This document shows positions 9,244-17,847 of a DNA stretch of 64,000 nucleotides, piece by piece. The number at the start of each line of letters is the position of its first letter. Position 1 is the stretch's first letter. The stretch is from Thermodesulfobacteriota bacterium. GTDB taxonomy: Bacteria; Desulfobacterota; Binatia; UBA9968. The stretch spans positions 25,549 through 89,548 of the forward strand of contig DAIRFP010000001.1 in assembly GCA_036794995.1 (NCBI GenBank). Direction: 5' to 3'. A model generated the notes under the pieces. It was given only the letters and a program-made list of their open reading frames with translations, ran no database searches and had not been told where the DNA came from. Made by a program: the position numbers and the translations under genes.

Positions 9244-11178
9244 TTAATCCTTCCATAGATTATTGGCTGCGTACTTGAGGATCACATCAACGCAGCTGTG
9301 GCAGTAACCATGGTCAAGCAAGTTCTTCACCATGGTGTTGTATTTCTCTGATTGCTCCTCGTCCCGCATCCTCGCTTTGGTGATGACCCGGCTCAGGTCT
9401 CGAACCGAGGTAATCAGCTTTTTCTCGATGGCCTCTTTCAAGGGTTCATAACTGCGGTAGTCAATTTTCTCCCCCCTTCGATTGGCCGCCCAGAGGTAGG
9501 CGATGACTTCTTGCCGGAAGCCGTCCGCGGCGGAGCCGATAATGGCGATCTGCTCCTCAATGGACTTCATGAAACCTTCGTCGGGGTTGAGCTCTTCCCT
9601 GGTGTTTCGATCTTTGACTTTGCTCTTGTTCACGTAGGCTTCGGCATGGTCGAGATAATTCTGGAACAGAACTTCGGCCTGTTCCTGATAAGAATAGACG
9701 AAGGCGCGCGTAATCTCCTTCTCGAGGACTTCCAGGTACTCTTTGTGCAGCGTATCCTGGAGGAATTCCAAATATTGCTTCCGTGTATCATCGGAGAGCT
9801 CGCCTTCTTTCACCATATTGACCAATGCCTCACGGACGTTGATCGGATTGATGCAATTCCCGGCGGTGTTATCGGAAAGCGCGTTGTCCAGGGCCTTCAT
9901 GATGAAACGCGTCGAGATCCCGGTCATGCCCTCTCGCTTGGAAGCCTCGCGGAGCTCCTGGACGTCAACTTTCTTGGTGCGTCCCTTCTCGACGACTTCC
10001 TCGCCGTTATAGAGTTTCAATTTAGTCATGAGATCGCACTTGTTAGTCGGTTCCAGACGCGACAGGATGGCGAACATGGAGGCGATCTCCAGGGTGTGGG
10101 GCGCCACGTGGGCTCGAAAATCGGAATTGCGGATGATTTTTTGATAAATCTTTACCTCTTCGGATAGCCTGAGGTTATAAGGCACGCGGACCACGACGAT
10201 ACGATCGAGGATAGCTTCGTTCGTATGATCGGCTTTGAACTTCTGCCACTCTGCTTCATTGGAATGGGCGACGATCACGGTGTCGACGTATACCAAACCG
10301 TGTCTACCTGGGGCGGGAACCACCTTCTCTTGGGTTGCCGTAATCATGCAATGGAGATATTCGATCTCGTTTTTGAATACTTCGATGAATTCAACCACGC
10401 CCCGATTGCCGATATTCAATGCGCCGTTAAGCTCTAAGACGCGGGGATCGCCTTCCGAGTAGAGATCCAGCTTCGATATATCCTCGCTGCCAATCAAAAC
10501 GGAGGTGTCCTGGTTGTTGGGATCCACCGGAGGAACCACGCCGATACCGATCCGCGCTCGCTTTGAAAACTCCACCGTGCAGATCGGAAATTCTTCATAT
10601 TTCCCGGCAAATTCTTCCTTGAGGCGGAAGCGGCAGACCGGGCACAGATCTCCTTCCACATGGACGCCCAGCATCTTCTCGAATTCTTTTCTCAAGTGGC
10701 GCGGTATCAGATGGAGCGGTTCTTCGAACATGGGACAGCCATCAATGGCATAGACCGGCTCGCTCTCTTCCAAACCTCGATGCAGTTTTTCGACCAAAGA
10801 GCTTTTCCCCGAACCCACCGGTCCCATGAGATAAAGGACCTGCCGGCTTTCTTCGCCCTTCAGCGATGCCGCGTGAAAATAGCGAACAATCTGGGAAACT
10901 GTCTTTTCGATGCCGAAGAACTCGTCGGCGAAAAAGTCATAGACTTTGATCGATTCGTCTTTATACAGTCGTTTAACGTGGGGGTCGCCGTTTTCGTGGA
11001 TGTCTCTAATACCCGCTTTGATGAGGGTGTCGTAAAGTCGCGCATGCGCTAGTTTGGCGACGGTGGGATCTTCGTTGACCTTTTCGAGATAGCCCAGCAG
11101 GTTTCCCCGCCAAGATCGGGCATGATGAAGGTCTCTATCCTTCTTGATAAGGTTCTCGAATTCCTTGTTATGGTCCAT
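9244..11178 (-). CDS. prkA: PrkA family serine protein kinase (YeaG-like)
   Basis: About 644 aa with P-loop GPVGSGKSS and PrkA-typical length and order. Start chosen at the ATG at 11178, which has a GGGAGG SD 8 nt upstream. Confidence 0.9.
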   Translation of the reverse strand: MDHNKEFENLIKKDRDLHHARSWRGNLLGYLEKVNEDPTVAKLAHARLYDTLIKAGIRDIHENGDPHVKRLYKDESIKVYDFFADEFFGIEKTVSQIVRYFHAASLKGEESRQVLYLMGPVGSGKSSLVEKLHRGLEESEPVYAIDGCPMFEEPLHLIPRHLRKEFEKMLGVHVEGDLCPVCRFRLKEEFAGKYEEFPICTVEFSKRARIGIGVVPPVDPNNQDTSVLIGSEDISKLDLYSEGDPRVLELNGALNIGNRGVVEFIEVFKNEIEYLHCMITATQEKVVPAPGRHGLVYVDTVIVAHSNEAEWQKFKADHTNEAILDRIVVVRVPYNLRLSEEVKIYQKIIRNSDFRAHVAPHTLEIASMFAILSRLEPTNKCDLMTKLKLYNGEEVVEKGRTKKVDVQELREASKREGMTGISTRFIMKALDNALSDNTAGNCINPINVREALVNMVKEGELSDDTRKQYLEFLQDTLHKEYLEVLEKEITRAFVYSYQEQAEVLFQNYLDHAEAYVNKSKVKDRNTREELNPDEGFMKSIEEQIAIIGSAADGFRQEVIAYLWAANRRGEKIDYRSYEPLKEAIEKKLITSVRDLSRVITKARMRDEEQSEKYNTMVKNLLDHGYCHSCVDVILKYAANNLWKD

Positions 11179-11664
11179 TCCAGCAGCCTCCCTTTGCAAA
11201 ATTGATTACACTCTTTGCAGACACGAGAGCTCCCAAAAAGAGAAACGCCGATCGCGCGGACAACAATAATAAGCTGTGACGGTTGAGAGAATGAAGGTGA
11301 GCCGGTGAAATCACTATTTTGATTGCGCGCATCACCTTGAGGTAAGGAAATGAAAATAAACTGAAGCCAGACTACGAGGCGCCGCAGATGATAGTTGGAA
11401 GTAATTCAAGGCTTGCGTTCGACCTCCTTTGCTTTTCGGTCGGCCGCCCGGCTTATTCCTATTTTAGACGCATCAAAGAACTTAATATTCAGTCTGCACC
11501 TTACTGCGCTTCTTACGCTATTATTGAAGCGCCATTTGTCGGGAAAGTCAAGGAAATTCATAGGGGCTGAGTACGTTTGCAGGTCGAAGCCGAGCGCGCC
11601 CATATTATCATGATCGCTTTTGTCTGATACTATTATTGAAATAAGGACAAGTGTGCTGAGACTC

Positions 11665-12189
11665 ATGAGCAAGGAGGCTTTACAGATTGAGCCGGGCCTT
11701 CGCTGGTATGCGATCCAGACGAAGGCTAACAAGGAGAAAGAAGTTGAGAAACGCCTTTCTGATCTCCACGTCGAAGTGTTTCTACCCTGGATGCGAATGC
11801 GACGGCGAATCGGAAGCCGGTTTCACTGGGGGTTGGTTCCGCTTTTTCCCGGTTATCTGTTTTGTCGTTTGGACCTTGTACAATCCGGAAAAGCGGCTCG
11901 CTATTCTCCGGGTGTTAGAGATTTTCTAAAGTTCGGCAATCAGATTGCCGAGGTGGGAATCGAGATTCTGGCGTCATTACGCGAGCGTTGTCCGGAAGGC
12001 ATTGCCCAGATAGAATTTTTATCGGCAAAGCCCGGCGATGCGGTTAAAATCAAAGAAGGACCATTTTCTGGGATTGAAGCGATCTTCGAGAAAAACATGA
12101 AGGGCAGCGAGCGCGTTGCCGTTCTGCTCGATATCTTAGGTCGTCAAACCCGCTTGGTTCTGCCCAGCGAAACCATCGAAAGAATCTAG
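11665..12189 (+). CDS. NusG-family transcription antitermination paralogue (RfaH/UpxY/LoaP-like)
   Basis: NGN-like N-terminus (RWYAIQTKANKEKEVEKRL...LFPGYLF) and a KOW motif (GDAVKIKEGPFSGIEAIFEK). Start uncertain: TTG at 11620 or ATG at 11665. Confidence 0.7.
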   Translation: MSKEALQIEPGLRWYAIQTKANKEKEVEKRLSDLHVEVFLPWMRMRRRIGSRFHWGLVPLFPGYLFCRLDLVQSGKAARYSPGVRDFLKFGNQIAEVGIEILASLRERCPEGIAQIEFLSAKPGDAVKIKEGPFSGIEAIFEKNMKGSERVAVLLDILGRQTRLVLPSETIERI

Positions 12190-12363
12190 CCGTCCGCGAT
12201 CACAGCCTGCCCGCACAAATTTCTTCTGCCATTGAAGCTTGAATCCTTTCGGGGTACGCCTTCCCTGCCAGCGTACCCCGTCTTGACAGAGTTCGCTGAG
12301 CCTTGATAAAGGCCCCCGTGCGGCGATCTCGATCCAGCAGGCATTCCGCCCTGAGGAGGCTAC

Positions 12364-14850
12364 ATGGGTAAACAACCGTGGCAACGACAACTGCTGCTGG
12401 CGACTATAGGCCTCATTGCGCTGTTCCTGGTCGGTGGAACCTTGGTCGCTTCATTGCAGTGGATTTCTAAACCCTTTCCCGGGTTCTTTCTGCACGAGAA
12501 CTTGACCGTGGGGCCTTATTTTCTTCCGGGATGGAGTGGTGGGTGGGTCGGGATACGAGCCTTGGATCGTGTCGTCGCCGTCGACGGCCGAGCCATAAAA
12601 GAGCGCGGCGAACTATATGATTGGGTTAAGCGTGCACCCTCCGGCTCCATTTTTCATTACCGCGTTATTAGAGATTCCCATGCGTTGGAGTTCTCGGTTC
12701 CGTCGATGACCTTATCGGTCCATGATTGGTTTCTGAGTTTTGGTGTTTACGTGATCATGGGGATAGCGTTTCTCGTCATCGGCATGGCGCCGTATTACTT
12801 CCGCGCGTCGTCTCCGGCCGCCGTACCGCTTTGCCTTATGGTCATCGCGGTTTTTGTCTGGTTCGAGACGACATTCGATTTCATGACGGCCGGTGTGCTG
12901 CCCAAGGAGTTGCGTATCTTTGGTTTGACCCTCACGCCAAGCGCCGCGGTCCACTTATCTTTGTTGCTGCAGAGTGGGAAACCCCTGCGACGGTCTCATC
13001 CTGTTTGTTTGCTCTGCCTGTATGGGGCCGGCGGCCTGTTGGGGGTCTTAAACAGCGTGACGTTTCTTGGGTCGGCGGAGACTTGGATATATGTTTTTCG
13101 CGCCGGGTATGTTTTCACCTGCCTCGGTGCTTTGGCTTTTTTAGTTGTGATCGGGTCGGCGTTGCGTGGTTCAGTGCCCGACTTGGAGCGGTCACGCCTT
13201 CGTGTCATGTTCGTCGGCGCTTTGTTGGGATTTCTGATTCCCACGCTCAGCACGGTTTTGACCAGCTCGTTTCAACTGCCCATCCCGTATAACCTTGCTT
13301 TGGTCCCGACGGTCTTCTTTCCTCTTTCTGTGGCTTATGCGCTTTTGAAATACAGCCTGTTTGATCTCGGCAATGTCTTGAAAGTCGCGTTGAGCCGCAT
13401 CGCGTTGACCGCCTTTTTGTTGGCGATCTACGCCGTTGTGGTTTTGCTTCTGGGCCCTTGGGCCGGTATTTACGACAACGATCCTCTCGTTCCGCTGTTT
13501 TTCTCGGTTCTCGTCGTGATCCTCTTTAATCCTCTCTTGCGTTGGATTGAAGGGGCAGTGGATCGACATGTTTATCGCCAGGATTATGACCCCGTGCGGG
13601 TGCAAGAGGAGGTAAGCCTGTTTCTGCGATCTCTGGCCCCCGCGCCTGACCTCGCCAGCGGTTTTATCCAGCAGATGACAGCACGCCTGGGTCTGGAGAC
13701 AGCGACCGTGGCTTATCAACCCAAAGGCGCGGATCAATATGTAATGGCTCCTCCGGAGGAGACGGACCCGTGCAGCGGAGCCATTATCGAGGAACTGAGA
13801 TTCCTGCGGGACAATCAAAAGGCGATTTACTATCGTGGCCTTTCCCGCGGCGAGGTAGCGACCGATCCTTTGTTTCAAGAAAGACGGGATAGGCTGTTGA
13901 GTATTTTCAATCGCTTGCACTCAGAGTTACTGATGCCGCTGATTTTTGAACGGCAGGTCCGCGGTTATGTTTCCTTTGGGAAAAAACAATCGGGAAGAGA
14001 GTATAGCACCGAAGACCTGCGCTTGCTCGTAACTCTGACGGATCAGCTGGCTTTATCGCTTGAGAATGGACGACTTTACGAAGAGTCGGTAAAGGCTTAC
14101 GAAAGAGCGGAGGCGACCAATAGGCGGTTGATTGAAATGGATCGAGTGAAGAAACAGTTCGTAGCCAATATCTGCCACGAACTGAGAACACCCGTAAGCA
14201 CGATTATTGGATACGCGGAAGTGTTGTTGTTAGATATCTATCTCAAAGACGACGCGCGCAAGGTCTTGGACCGGCTTATCAACAACGGCCAAGAATTGGT
14301 AAACCTAATGGACAATCTGATGAATTTCTCACGTACGGACGCGGACACGCTAAGCGTCCAGTTTAAGGTGGTCAAACTCAAGGAGATCCTGATTGGGTTG
14401 GAAATCATGACTCAGAGGTTGATTCGAGAACGACCGATCCAGTTTGGCGTCGTCATGGCATCGACCATCGATACTATCGAGAGTGATGCGCAGAAGCTGC
14501 AACAGATCCTGGTGCAACTTCTAACCAACGCGCTTAAATTTACCGAGAGAGGGAGGATCGATCTCACCACCCAGGTTGTCAAGGAAGGGGGAAAGGATTT
14601 CGTTAAGATAGCGGTCGCCGATACCGGTATCGGTATCAAAAGGGAGGATCAAGAAGTCATCTTCGAAGATTTCCGTCAGCTCGACGGCTCTTCGAGCCGG
14701 CAATACGGTGGCACCGGGTTGGGTCTCAGTCTCTCCAAAAAGCTTGCGGTTGCTCTGGGAGGGACGATTCAAGTTGCGAGCGAAACCGGGGTGGGAAGTG
14801 TGTTTAGCCTGTTGCTGCCGGTGAAAAGTTCGGCGGTCTCAGCCGGGTAA
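12364..14850 (+). CDS. Sensor histidine kinase with a large polytopic membrane N-domain, GAF-like domain, HisKA and HATPase_c
   Basis: 828 aa. Roughly 10 hydrophobic helices in the first ~400 aa. H-box ICHELRTPVSTIIGYAE, N-box LLTNALKFT, G-boxes DTGIGI and GGTGLGLS. No receiver domain and no adjacent response regulator. Confidence 0.85.
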   Translation: MGKQPWQRQLLLATIGLIALFLVGGTLVASLQWISKPFPGFFLHENLTVGPYFLPGWSGGWVGIRALDRVVAVDGRAIKERGELYDWVKRAPSGSIFHYRVIRDSHALEFSVPSMTLSVHDWFLSFGVYVIMGIAFLVIGMAPYYFRASSPAAVPLCLMVIAVFVWFETTFDFMTAGVLPKELRIFGLTLTPSAAVHLSLLLQSGKPLRRSHPVCLLCLYGAGGLLGVLNSVTFLGSAETWIYVFRAGYVFTCLGALAFLVVIGSALRGSVPDLERSRLRVMFVGALLGFLIPTLSTVLTSSFQLPIPYNLALVPTVFFPLSVAYALLKYSLFDLGNVLKVALSRIALTAFLLAIYAVVVLLLGPWAGIYDNDPLVPLFFSVLVVILFNPLLRWIEGAVDRHVYRQDYDPVRVQEEVSLFLRSLAPAPDLASGFIQQMTARLGLETATVAYQPKGADQYVMAPPEETDPCSGAIIEELRFLRDNQKAIYYRGLSRGEVATDPLFQERRDRLLSIFNRLHSELLMPLIFERQVRGYVSFGKKQSGREYSTEDLRLLVTLTDQLALSLENGRLYEESVKAYERAEATNRRLIEMDRVKKQFVANICHELRTPVSTIIGYAEVLLLDIYLKDDARKVLDRLINNGQELVNLMDNLMNFSRTDADTLSVQFKVVKLKEILIGLEIMTQRLIRERPIQFGVVMASTIDTIESDAQKLQQILVQLLTNALKFTERGRIDLTTQVVKEGGKDFVKIAVADTGIGIKREDQEVIFEDFRQLDGSSSRQYGGTGLGLSLSKKLAVALGGTIQVASETGVGSVFSLLLPVKSSAVSAG

Positions 14851-14942
14851 AGCTGGCTTTGCTCACCCGGCTCAGGGATTGGACTGATTTCACCGCAGCG
14901 CGGCCTGTGATACGGTGAAAGTCGATAGAAAGGAATTGCAGC

Positions 14943-15656
14943 ATGCCACAATTGCGTCGCTTAGCGATCCGGGCCGAGGATCCATTCAAGTTGGCTGACT
15001 TCTACCAGGCAGTTTTTGAGCTTGACCAGGTTGCCGACGACCACGGAGCTGTTTTCCTTTCTGACGGGAGTTTCAACCTGGCACTGCTGCCGGCGCGAGA
15101 CGGCATGTCCATGGGTCTAATGGGCTTGGGGTTCGAGGCCGCCCGGGTCGACTCGATCCGGAGAAAACTCGCACGCACGGCGGACGGTGACCAAAGCCTG
15201 GTTGAATGCGATGCGCATACTGGTAGCGAACATGAAATAAGAGACCCTGACGGCAACGTCATCGGCCTTTGCAAAAGAGCCTTTGACGTATCGTTTCGCA
15301 AAGGACCCGTGCCAATTCGACACATCGCCCTTTATACACCGGCTCCGCAGCGGCTGGCGAATTTCTATTGTCAGGTCCTAGACATGAAAGAAGTGGAGCG
15401 GACGGATCGGTCGTCAATTTTCGTTTCTGACGGATACTTAAACCTGGCGCTTTTGTATCAGCGAAAGGAAGAGCCCATGGGGCTTAATCACTTTGGGTTT
15501 CATGTCGATAACAACGAAGAAATGCAAATTAGAGCGGAGCGGGCTGGCGTGCGGCGGGGCGCAGCGCGGCCGGAGCGCATCCCTTTTGCCGAGTATCGCG
15601 TCCATGACCCCGAAGGCAACGGTATCGATATCTCGCAAAAGGGCTGGAAGGTGTAA
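14943..15656 (+). CDS. VOC (glyoxalase/bleomycin-resistance/dioxygenase) family protein, two-module
   Basis: 237 aa with two repeats of the betaalphabetabetabeta VOC pattern (LAIRAEDP..., IRHIALYTP...; HFGFHV). Confidence 0.6.
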   Translation: MPQLRRLAIRAEDPFKLADFYQAVFELDQVADDHGAVFLSDGSFNLALLPARDGMSMGLMGLGFEAARVDSIRRKLARTADGDQSLVECDAHTGSEHEIRDPDGNVIGLCKRAFDVSFRKGPVPIRHIALYTPAPQRLANFYCQVLDMKEVERTDRSSIFVSDGYLNLALLYQRKEEPMGLNHFGFHVDNNEEMQIRAERAGVRRGAARPERIPFAEYRVHDPEGNGIDISQKGWKV

Positions 15657-15739
15657 GCTACGGAGAAGGATTCAAATCGCGGCAGAACATTCAAATCGTT
15701 GCGACTTCCGTTTCATTGGGTTATTTGGTTATTGGGGCC

Positions 15740-16387
15740 ATGAACGGTGAAGAGTTTCTAAACGAGCTTCTAGCGCCGGTCAATGAATTCTGCCGGTCAC
15801 TCGACGCTAATCCTCCAGCCTATTGTTACGTCCCTTTGCGCACGGACGAAGAACGAATTCGAGTAATGAAAAGCCGTTTGTTTAACGAACTGCGTGCCGC
15901 GGACCTATTCGGTACGTGGTTGAGGACAACGCCGGAGCTGGAAATCAAAGCGACTATGGCGGAATCCGCCCACGAAGAAATGGTGCACGCGGAGCTTTTG
16001 GCCCAACGCCTCCGTGATTTGGGCGCTGAACCCTATGATTACAGACCTTTGCCAGCGCAGATCGCCATGTTCAACGCGATGGAAGGGCTCAACGAAACCT
16101 GCGAGCGTATCGCGGGCTTGTCCTTAGCGGGCGAAACCGTTGCCAATTACCTCATCCAGATGTGTCTTAAGTCCCCCGCGGTCCCTGAGTGGATAAAACA
16201 GCCCTACCGGCGCATTACCCAAGACGAAGAGGGGCATGGCAGTGTGCCGCAGGAGGCTCTTAAACGCTACGCGACGACGGAGGAGCGCCAAGACCGGGTC
16301 CGGCGCGCCGTGGCGATGCGCCTGGTTTTGTTTCGTGAGTATTTGGCGAGCCTGGACCGTTGGGCCACGGGTAAGGATCGGTGGTAG
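15740..16387 (+). CDS. Ferritin-like di-iron carboxylate superfamily protein
   Basis: Two E..H motifs (AHEEMVH and QDEEGHG) about 90 aa apart in a predicted helical protein. The ATG at 15740 is preferred over the TTG at 15716. Confidence 0.5.
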   Translation: MNGEEFLNELLAPVNEFCRSLDANPPAYCYVPLRTDEERIRVMKSRLFNELRAADLFGTWLRTTPELEIKATMAESAHEEMVHAELLAQRLRDLGAEPYDYRPLPAQIAMFNAMEGLNETCERIAGLSLAGETVANYLIQMCLKSPAVPEWIKQPYRRITQDEEGHGSVPQEALKRYATTEERQDRVRRAVAMRLVLFREYLASLDRWATGKDRW

Positions 16388-16427
16388 GTCGCGGCAGTCT
16401 TTGCGGGCGACTCGCCCAACCGACCCG

Positions 16428-16736
16428 TCAGTTTTCCTGCCTGGCATAGTCACAGCGCGGGCAGACTTGTGGGGACGGGGTTAGCAGCACGGGCCAACCG
16501 CACTCGTTGCAGCTCACCACGGCCTCGCCAAGCATCCCCCGCACCATGGAGCCGCAGCGCCTACCGCCACAGGGACCCGTGCCAACGCCGGTGCGTTTGC
16601 TAATTTGCTCAAAGGTTTTTGCTCCGGCTTGGATGGCTTTGAGCACGGTGCCTTTGCGGATCTTGTTGCATAGGCAGGCGGGCTTGAGGTTCTCGATGAC
16701 CGCCTGCTCCCTGGCTTTGCGTTCTAGCTCGTCGAT
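16428..16736 (-). CDS. BFD-like [2Fe-2S]-binding domain protein with a C-terminal CxxC...CxxC zinc ribbon (start codon unresolved)
   Basis: CLCNKIRKGTVLKAIQAGAKTFEQISKRTGVGTGPCGGRRC fits the BFD-like C-x-C...C-x2-C pattern. It is followed by CNECG...CPRC. The only canonical start (GTG 16646) lies after the first Cys pair. The frame is open up to the stop at 16776-16778. Confidence 0.5.
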   Translation of the reverse strand: MDELERKAREQAVIENLKPACLCNKIRKGTVLKAIQAGAKTFEQISKRTGVGTGPCGGRRCGSMVRGMLGEAVVSCNECGWPVLLTPSPQVCPRCDYARQEN

Positions 16737-16800
16737 GGTGAGGTGTCCTTCCTTAGTTGTGACCTTCCAAGCAGTTTACCACATTTTTGCTCGACGCTAA

Positions 16801-17799
16801 TTACTTGGTGCCTATAACCAGAGAGGAAGTGAAGGGTGGCGGAAGGTCGATCCTTTGTACCTGCGACAGATGCGCTCGTTGCATCCACAGTTTGATTTCG
16901 TCGAAGCTGTAGCAGCGTCCGGCACTCGTTGTTAATAGCATGAGCAGGCTGAACACCGCGCCCACCGGAGGGTTCGCGCGGCTTTCGTCGAGGATGTGGT
17001 CTTTGACGAGGAGCTTCCCACCCGGCTGAAGGCTGGAGACCAATTTGCGGACCAGCGATTCGTTAACCTGTTCACTTTCTCCATGAATGATATTCGAAAG
17101 CAATATGACGTCATAGCGCCCGGGAATCGCATCGGTTCGATAGTCGCCGGCGATGAGGCGGATTCTGTTTTCCATGCCTCCCTCGCGCACATAGCGCTGA
17201 GTTATTCTTAGAGTTGCGGGTAGATCGAAGATCGTCGCATTAAGCTCGGCGAATCGTTCGCAGAGCGCGATCGGATAAGTCGCCGGCCCAGAGCCAACAT
17301 CGAGGAATTCGGTAGTGTCGCGCCAATCGATAGCCTGTGCCAGCCATTCAGCGTCGCCCCGGGCCTTCACTAGCGAGTGCATCGCGGCGATGAAGATCTC
17401 AGTTTCCGCGGGGTCGCTCTGATACATATCGGGTGGACGAACCGGCGCACCGGAGCGAATCGCTTCAGCCAAGTTTCCCCAACAACTCCACAGCCCGGCA
17501 TCGAACAGGATCATACCCCCCAAGTACTGAGCGGAGCTTCGTAAAAGATGGTTGGTCGCGATCGGGGTGAGGGAGAACCGGCCTGCGCTTTTCTCCAAAA
17601 GGCCCATGGCCGCAAGGGCGTTCAATAGAAGAGTTGTGGCACGTGGATCGGTGCCCAAACTAAGAGCGATACCCGGCGCATCCAGCGATCTACCGCCGAT
17701 GGCGTCGAAAACACCGAGCCGAACTGCGACCTGGAGGATCCGCGCTTCGACGTGTGCGCTTGCCAAGCGCGCTAATTCAGGGAAGTCCATCGTTTCCAA
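16801..17799 (-). CDS. Class I SAM-dependent O-methyltransferase (dimerisation domain + Methyltransf_2 type)
   Basis: 332 aa. The N-terminal winged-helix-like dimerisation region and the LDVGSGPA SAM-binding motif are typical of small-molecule O-methyltransferases. Confidence 0.75.
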   Translation of the reverse strand: METMDFPELARLASAHVEARILQVAVRLGVFDAIGGRSLDAPGIALSLGTDPRATTLLLNALAAMGLLEKSAGRFSLTPIATNHLLRSSAQYLGGMILFDAGLWSCWGNLAEAIRSGAPVRPPDMYQSDPAETEIFIAAMHSLVKARGDAEWLAQAIDWRDTTEFLDVGSGPATYPIALCERFAELNATIFDLPATLRITQRYVREGGMENRIRLIAGDYRTDAIPGRYDVILLSNIIHGESEQVNESLVRKLVSSLQPGGKLLVKDHILDESRANPPVGAVFSLLMLLTTSAGRCYSFDEIKLWMQRAHLSQVQRIDLPPPFTSSLVIGTK

Positions 17800-17847
17800 T
17801 CCGACTCCCGCCCCGCTAGTTTGTCTGCAACGCGAAACCCAATTCTC

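Noticed and set aside
13192-13920. 242-aa minus-strand ORF antisense to the histidine kinase, and similar long antisense ORFs at 9352..10167, 21212..21889, 28585..29136, 29201..29896, 54242..54835, 60243..60818 and 62116..62661
   Set aside because: All are embedded in strongly supported genes on the opposite strand. They have biased Arg/Gln/Gly composition and no family signatures. I treat them as frame shadows.
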